Source: Octopus bimaculoides (Eukaryota). Taken from it: DNA of 64,000 nucleotides. Below the pieces are notes generated by a model, which was given only the letters and a program-made list of their open reading frames with translations, was not told the DNA's origin and did no database searches. Location of the stretch: assembly GCF_001194135.2 (NCBI RefSeq), contig NC_068983.1, forward strand, positions 42,514,017 to 42,578,016, given 5' to 3'. Positions within the stretch are counted from its first letter, which is position 1; each line of letters begins with the position of its first letter. Below, piece by piece: positions 63,832 to 64,000 of the stretch. A program made the position numbers and the translations under genes.

Positions 63832-64000
63832 TACTCTTTTACTTGTTTCAGTCATTTGACTGCAGCCATGCTGGGGCACCGCCTTTTTTAGTCGAGCAAA
63901 TCGACCCTAGGTTTTATTCTTTGGAAGCCTACTAGTTATTCTATCAGTCTCTTTTGCCGAACCGCTAAGTCACGGGGATGTAAACACACCAGCATCGGTC
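63832..64000 (-). mobile_element. SINE family A 3' half running off the window
   Basis: CTTGTTTCAGTCATTTGACTGCAGCCATGCTGG...GTAAACACACCAGCATCGG. Confidence 0.85.

Overview
Eukaryotic, AT-rich, repeat-saturated draft-assembly window with about 11 N gaps. Most likely from an octopus: this is inferred from the tRNA-headed SINE repertoire, RTE-type LINE remnants and very dense microsatellites, not from a database match. No prokaryotic operon, CRISPR array, rRNA or true tRNA gene is supported. Almost all ORFs in the six-frame track are microsatellite, SINE or N-gap artefacts. One convincing protein-coding exon lies on the minus strand (ATG 47946 to GT donor after 47715). It encodes a basic, phospho-motif-rich 77-aa N-terminus that I cannot assign to a gene, and it sits beside a CpG-richer, SINE-poor candidate promoter zone (about 48-54 kb). 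The 47 kb downstream therefore looks largely intronic, with only weak candidate exons. The rest is a mosaic of several SINE-like families, RTE LINE remnants, piggyBac-, Tigger-, hAT- and mariner-like MITEs, and an R4/Dong-like fragment. The most notable observations are a minimal type-I hammerhead-ribozyme-like motif at 58446-58491, a 105-bp near-perfect inverted repeat at 3492-3765, further long hairpins, triple-nested insertions with readable TSDs, and head-to-tail SINE arrays embedded in (TAA)n. Repeat boundaries are by-eye estimates unless a TSD or TIR is quoted.
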